NCBI RefSeq assembly: GCF_032444005.1
Contig: NC_091283.1
Location: 27,590,001 to 27,654,000 of the forward strand
Length of the DNA stretch: 64,000 nt
From: Ranitomeya imitator
Lineage: Eukaryota
Reading direction: 5' to 3'
Positions 59,001 through 64,000 of this stretch are shown here, one piece after another. Position 1 is the first letter of the stretch, and the number at the start of each line of letters is the position of its first letter. The notes under the pieces are model-generated. The model saw only the letters and a list, made by a program, of their open reading frames with translations. It made no database searches and was not told where the DNA came from. The position numbers and the translations under genes are program-made.

Positions 59001-61635
59001 ACTGTTTTACTTTTTCAACGCAGAATTGGCTGGCATTGAGATCGGACGCCATGTCACGTTTGGAGAGCCCCTGATGTGCCTAAACAGTGGAAACCCCCCA
59101 ATTATAACTGAAACCCTAATCCAAACACACCCCTAACCCTAATCCCAAATCTAACCACTCCCCTAACCCCAACACACCACTAACCCTAATCCCATCTGTA
59201 AATGTAATCCAAACCTTAACCCTAACTTTAGCCCCAACCCTAACTGTAGCCTTAACCCTAGCCCTAACCCTAGCCCTAACCCTAGCCCCAACCCTAGCCC
59301 CATAACCCTAGCCTCAACCCCAACCCTAACGGGAAAATGGAAATAAATACATTTTTTTTATTTTATTATTTTTCCCTAACTAAGGGGGTGATGAAGGGGG
59401 GTTTGATTTACTATTTATAGCGGGTTTTTTTAGCGGATTTTTATGATAGGCAGACGTCACACACTGAAAGACGCTTTTTATTGCAAAAGATAGTTTTTGC
59501 GTCTCCACATTTTGAGAGCTATAATTTTTCCATATTTTGGTCCACAGAGTCATGTGAGGTCTTGTTTTTTGTGGGACGAGTTGACGTTTTTATTAGTACC
59601 ATTTTTGGGCACGTGACATTTTTCGATCGCTTTTTATTCCAATTTTTGTGAGGCAGAATGACCAAAAACCAGCTATTCATGAATTTCTTTGAGGGGGGAG
59701 GGGGGGGGGGGGGGGCGTTTATACCGATCCACGTTTGGTAAAATTGATAAAGCAGTTTTATTCTTCGGGTCAGTATGATTACAGCGATACCTCATTTATA
59801 TCATTTTTTATGTTTTGGCGCTTTTATACGATAATAACTTTTATATAAAAAAATAATTATTTTTGCATCGCTTTATTTTGAGGACTATATATGCCAAGAG
59901 TGTGCAAAGCAGTCATCAAAGCAAAAGGTGGCTACTTTGAAGAACCTAGAATATAAGACATAATTTCAGTTGTTTCACACTTTCTTGTTAAGTATATAAT
60001 TCCACATGTGTTAATTCATAGTTTTGATGCCTCCAGTGTGAATGTACAATTTTCATAATCATGAAAATACAGAAAAATCTTTAAATGAGAAGGTGTGTCC
60101 AAACTTTTGGTCTGTACTGTACACTGTTCAAAAAAATAAGGGAACACTAAAATCCAACATCATAGATATCACTGAATTTAAATATTCCAGTTGCAAATCT
60201 TTATTCATTACATAGTGGAAAGTGTTGAAATATCCCACAGAGGTCTGAATTTGGAACGATACTCAAAATCAAAGTGGAAAATCAAATTACAGGCTGATCC
60301 AACTTCAGTGGAAATGCCTCAAGACAAGGAAATGATGCTCAGTAGTGTGTGTGGCCACCCAGTGCCTGTATGACCTCCCTACAATGCCTGGGCATTCTCC
60401 TGATGAGGCTGTGGATGGTCTCCTGAGGGATCTCCTCCCAGACCTGGACAAAAGCATCCGCCAACTCCTGGACAGTCTGTGGTGCAACGTGACGTTGGTG
60501 TATGGAGTGAGACATAATGTCCCAGATTTGATGAATCGGATTCAGGTCTGGGGAACGGGTCGTCCATAGCTTCAATGCCTTCCTCTTGCAAGAACTGATG
60601 ACACACTCCAGCCACATGAGGTCTGGCCTTGTCCTGCATTAGGAGGAACCCAGGGCCAACCGCACCAGCATATGGTCTCACAAGGCGTCTGAGGATTTCA
60701 TCTCGGTACCTAATGGCAGTCAGGCTACCTCTGGCGAGCACATGAAGGGCTGTGTGGCCCTCCAAAGAAATGCCACACCACACCGTTACTGACCCACTAC
60801 CAAACCGGTCATGCTGAAGGATATTTCAGGCAGCAGATCGTTCTCCACGGCGTCTCCAGACTCTGTCACGTCTGTCACATGTGCTAAGTGTGAACCTGCT
60901 TTCATCTGTGAAGAGCACAAGGCGCCAGTGGTGAATTTGCTAATCCTGGTGTTCTGTGGCAAATGCCCAGCGTCCTGCACGGTGTTGGGCTGTGAGCACA
61001 ACCCCCATCTGTGGACGTCGGGCCCTCAGACCATCCTCATGGAGTTAGTTTCTAACCATTTGTGCACATTTGTGGCCTGCTGGAGTCATTTTGCAGGGCT
61101 CTGGCAGTGCTCCTCCTGTTCTTCCTCGCAGAAAGGCTGAGGTAGCGGTCCTGCTGGGTTATTGCCCTCCCACGGCCCCCTCCACATTTCCTGGTGTACT
61201 GGCCTGTCTCCTGGTAGCACCTCCAGCCTCTGGACACTACGCTGACAAACACAGCAAACCTTCTTGCCACAGCTCGCATTGATGTGCCATCCTGGATGAG
61301 CTGCACTACCTGAGCCACTTGTGTGGGTTGTAGTGTCTGTCTCATGCTACCACGAGTGTGAAAGCACAACCAACATTCAAAAGTGACCAAAACATCAGCC
61401 AGAAAGCATTGGTACTGAGATGTGGTCTGTGGTCCCCACCTGAAAAACCACTCCTCTATTGAGGGTGTCTTGATAATTGCCAATAATTTCCATCTGTTGT
61501 CTATTCCATTTGCACAACAGCATGTGAAATTGATTGTCAATCAGTGTGGCTTCCTAAGTAAACAGTTTGATTTCACAGAAGTTTGATTTACTTGGAGTTA
61601 TATTCTGTTAAGTGTTCCCTTTATTTTTTTGAGCA

Positions 61636-61702
<67 letters not shown>

Positions 61703-63642
61703 TATATATATATATATATACATATATATAGTTCAGCTTCATCCTATCTTATTTTAGTCATTGTTATTACTCCTACTACTTTACAGTGAATTGCTTAGTC
61801 TGAATAATACAATAAATTGTAACTGAAAAAAATTGAAGTCACATTTCCAGAAAGTAACAAAAAAAAACAACATTTTTAGAATTCCTGCTTACCCAGCCAC
61901 TCAAAGAGAGATTGTGAGTCCTGCTTAGCTTTACTCAGTGATTGGCAGCTCATGCTACAAATATTTTTTTGGTGTCGGATCGGGAAGCAGGACTCACAGG
62001 CTTTTCTTATGAGTGAGTTGGGGAAGCAAGGCTGATAAACTTTCTCTATGTAGGGGTGGAGGAATCAGGACTCTCAGGCTTTCTCCAGGAGGCTGAGGAG
62101 GAAGCAGGGATCATAGGTTTTCCCTATGAGGGTGCGGAGGAAGTAGGACTCACAGACTCTCTATGAGTGAGTTGACGAAGCAGGACTCACAGGCTTTCTC
62201 TGAGTGAGTTGGGGAAGCAGGACTCACAGGCTTTCTCTATGAGTGAGTTGGGGAAGCAGGACTCACAGGCTTTCTCTATGAGTGATTTGGGGAAGCAGGA
62301 CTCACAGGCTTTCTCTATGAGTGAGTTGGGGAAGCAGGACTCACAGGTTTTATCAGTGAGTTGAGGAAGCAGGACTTACAGGCTTTCTCTATGAGTGAGT
62401 TGGGGAAGCAGGACTCACAGGCTTTCTCTATGAGTGATTTGGGGAAGCAGGACTCACAGGCTTTCTCTATGAGTGAGTTGGGGAAGCAGGACTCACAGGC
62501 TCTCTCTGAGTGAGTTGGGGAAGCAGGACTCACAGGCTTTCTCTATGAGTGAGTTGGGGAAGCAGGACTCACAGGCTTTCTCTGAGTCAGTTGGGGAAGC
62601 AGGACTCACAGGCTCTCTCTGAGTGAGTTGGGGAAGCAGGACTCACAGGCTCTCTCTGAGTGAGTTGGGGAAGCAGGACTCACAGGCTTTCTCTATGAGT
62701 GAGTTGGGGAAGCAGGACTCACAGGCTTTCTCTGAGTCAGTTGGGGAAGCAGGAATCATAAACGTTCTGAGTTCTAACAGGCATTAAGCAGCTTTTTACA
62801 TGTGAAACAGAATAAAATCTGAGAACTCTAACTATCATTGCCCTCTGCATCTCCCCCTTATCCTAAGCTTCCCTCAGCTAAGACGCCGGACAGAATTGCC
62901 TTCAATATGTAAAAATAGACTTGTAACCTTTCAGGTTGTGAACAATGTGAGGCCGGACAATCCGTCGTGTCATGTTTCATACTCTATATCCATAGACGCA
63001 GTCACGTATTCTCCGCACACTGAGGGGCACGGGACAGGGAGGTTTCTCTTTTTGGTCAGGTGAATTGGCCGATGGGAGATAATGTGGTGGACAGTCAGTT
63101 ACATCCTGTGCCACTAACTAAAGCAAAACAACTGAGCGTACAACAGATATAGATGACGGACACCTTGTACTGCAGGTAAGGGTGCAGTCAGACGGCCGCG
63201 TGACACGGCCGGGCGACGATTGTATCACAATGGTCGGACTGGCCGGCGGCTGTCCTGACTGAAGTGTGACAGCATGTATTTCTATGCAGCTGTCAGGCTC
63301 GGGTGAGGAGAGCCGCCGGCCAGTCCGTGCACTGTGAAACAATCGTCGCCCGTGTCATACGGCCGTCTGATTGCGCCCTAAGAATCACAACACGTGTGTA
63401 ATGAATCCGTCATGGAGGACAATGTGGCACTTTGTGCCAATCATGAGTTACGTTTTACATTTCTGCTGCTATGTTTGTCCAGCCAGGCTGTAAGGCGGGG
63501 GCCACAATCAGTCAATGTCGTAAAACATTAATAATGGACTTGCCTTCTTGCTTACCTCGCCATGCTCATCTTTGGACTCTAGTCTTAGTCGGGGTCCTCG
63601 TCTCTCCTCCTCCAGCGCCGTCTTCAATGTGCGCAGGATCAT
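37151..63642 (-). CDS. RGL2: Ral guanine nucleotide dissociation stimulator-like 2, about 706 aa
   Basis: complement(join(37151..37341, 37890..37998, 38191..38457, 38578..38674, 38752..38850, 39024..39145, 40635..40667, 40810..40884, 41859..41924, 41996..42080, 42173..42276, 42614..42832, 43373..43637, 45436..45495, 45632..45795, 47584..47661, 63556..63642)). REM domain ([19 protein letters not shown]), CDC25 domain ([42 protein letters not shown]), RA domain ([15 protein letters not shown]) and the RGL2-like end YPKIKA...AKSLF*. The 63556-63642 first coding exon is less certain (about 0.6). Confidence 0.9.
37578..37763. mobile_element. hAT-type palindromic MITE in the last RGL2 intron
   Basis: TIR CAGGGGTGTCAAACTGCATTCCTCGAGGG and an 8-bp TSD TCTTATAG (37570-37577, 37764-37771). 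The interior is related to the MITE at 9619. Confidence 0.88.
39356..40350. mobile_element. Possible solo LTR
   Basis: About 1 kb of non-coding sequence bounded by TGTGATG...CATCACA. No TSD was found. Confidence 0.35.
41185..41501. mobile_element. hAT-type palindromic MITE
   Basis: TAGTGATGAGCGAATATACTC...GAGTATATTGGCTCATCACTA with flanks GTCTTGAT/GTCTTCAT (7/8 TSD). Confidence 0.8.
43703..44300. repeat. ~50-bp minisatellite (CTGAGAAGAGGGGCGCTGTATACAGGGGTGCAGAGACAATGATCTCCCCTACTA)
   Basis: Tandem variants in an RGL2 intron. Confidence 0.9.
46182..47488. repeat. 44-bp minisatellite (GTACAGTCAGAAGTCTTATTCACTGACAGCATGCACACAGCCGG), about 30 copies
   Basis: Highly homogeneous tandem array. Confidence 0.97.
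48164..48843. repeat. 30-bp minisatellite (GGGGCACACTACAGTATACCACCAGGGCAA)
   Basis: Tandem copies. The long ORFs across it are artefacts of the repeat. Confidence 0.95.
49634..50928. mobile_element. Non-autonomous piggyBac-type element
   Basis: TTAA|CCCCTTAATGACC ... GGTCAGGAAGGGG|TTAA. No ORF. Confidence 0.8.
50985..51471. mobile_element. Palindromic MITE (Harbinger-like)
   Basis: TTTCACACATCAGTTTTTTGCCATCAGTCACAATCC mirrors GGATTGTGACTGATGGCAAAAAACTGATGTGTGAAA. Confidence 0.7.
51579..51897. repeat. ~30-bp minisatellite (CCCCTGGCCCCCGATGTATAGCATCAAG)
   Basis: Tandem copies. A Tc1 is inserted at the TA of the last unit. Confidence 0.93.
51899..53455 (-). mobile_element. Full-length Tc1 transposon with a frameshifted transposase
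   Basis: TA|CACTGCGTGCAGAATTATTAGGCAAGTTG ... CAACTTGCCTAATAATTCTGCACGCAGTG|TA. ORF 52635-53237 ([15 protein letters not shown]...[16 protein letters not shown]). Confidence 0.93.
57266..59890. mobile_element. piggyBac-type non-autonomous element lacking its right end, with ~370-bp internal tandem repeats
   Basis: Starts TTAA|CCCCT inside the Tc1. The block TTTGTCCTGAGTACGCCGATACC...GGAGAGCCCCTGATGTGCCTAAACA occurs three times (about 58170, 58558, 58921). Confidence 0.7.
59112..59330. repeat. Degenerate telomere-like (CCCTAA/CCCTAG)n tract
   Basis: AACCCTAGCCCTAACCCTAGCCCTAACCCTAG... Confidence 0.85.
60122..61638 (-). mobile_element. Full-length Tc1 with a decayed transposase
   Basis: TA|CACTGTTCAAAAAAATAAGGGAACACT ... 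AGTGTTCCCTTTATTTTTTTGAGCAGTG. ORF fragments at 61052-61540, 60786-61001, 60379-60783 and 60339-60617. Confidence 0.92.
61639..61730. repeat. (TG)n(TA)n microsatellite
   Basis: Directly visible. Confidence 0.97.
62126..62757. repeat. 37-39-bp minisatellite (GTGAGTTGGGGAAGCAGGACTCACAGGCTTTCTCTATGA)
   Basis: Tandem copies, with degenerate units from about 61980. Confidence 0.95.
63180..63378. mobile_element. Harbinger-type MITE
   Basis: TAA|GGGTGCAGTCAGACGGCCG ... CGGCCGTCTGATTGCGCCC|TAA (3-bp TSD). Confidence 0.8.
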
Positions 63643-63808
63643 GTGTGTAACCGCAGACTATAAGTAAAAAAGTGACAACATGGTGACCGGACGAGCAGCG
63701 GGCAGGATCTAGAGCGCACTACATTTTACTAAAAGAAAAAAAAAGAATGCAAGGAAAATGGTGATGGGTGACACAGGTGCGATTCGTGTGCGCGGGGATT
63801 ACACTTAC

Positions 63809-63880
63809 CAGCGCTCAGGAAGCCAACGTCACCGTGTCACACTGACACCGCATATCACACTGACGGGGAGCGGGGGTCAC
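63809..63880 (-). other. Candidate non-coding 5' exon of RGL2
   Basis: Strong CTG|GTAAGT donor at 63809. The downstream acceptor (TTTTTTACTTATAG) at 63657 precedes the ATG at 63642. The 5' boundary is unknown. Confidence 0.5.
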
Positions 63881-64000
63881 GCACACATCAGATCCTCTTC
63901 TGGTTCCCAGATGTCACCTTAAAATGGAGGTGTCTAACCACAAAAGTGAACTGTCTCTCGTGTTTCCCCAATGTCTGGGAGAAGTTGCTAGTCGTGGGTC

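Larger units (their letters stand above)
56159..60119 (-). mobile_element. Tc1 with ~230-bp TIRs, internally deleted and interrupted
   Basis: TA|CAGTACAGACCAAAAGTTTGGACACACC ... GGTGTGTCCAAACTTTTGGTCTGTACTG|TA. Transposase remnants at about 56390-57260. Confidence 0.85.

Overview
Repeat-rich vertebrate DNA, most likely from a frog (inferred from the TTAA piggyBac-type and hAT MITEs, Tc1, CR1 and Penelope-like remnants; the species cannot be determined). The window covers part of the extended MHC class II region. Four genes were reconstructed by hand from splice sites and reading-frame phase: WDR46 (+, 16 coding exons, 2032/6399-13872), B3GALT4 (-, single exon, 22420-23478), PFDN6 (+, 4 coding exons, 33303-36572) and RGL2 (-, 17 coding exons, 37151-63642). 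Introns and intergenic DNA hold nested transposons and about a dozen unrelated minisatellites. The two main oddities are (1) an orphan WDR46-like first exon (starts METAP, ends RK|GTGAGA) head-to-head with PFDN6 but about 17 kb beyond the last exon of the WDR46 body and on the opposite strand, which suggests an inversion or a mis-oriented assembly segment, and (2) a canonical extended type I hammerhead ribozyme at 4967-5047 (-), plus several degenerate hammerhead relatives at Penelope-like fold-backs. All homology calls come from recall of protein families, not from database searches. No prokaryotic-type system, CRISPR array, rRNA or tRNA was seen.
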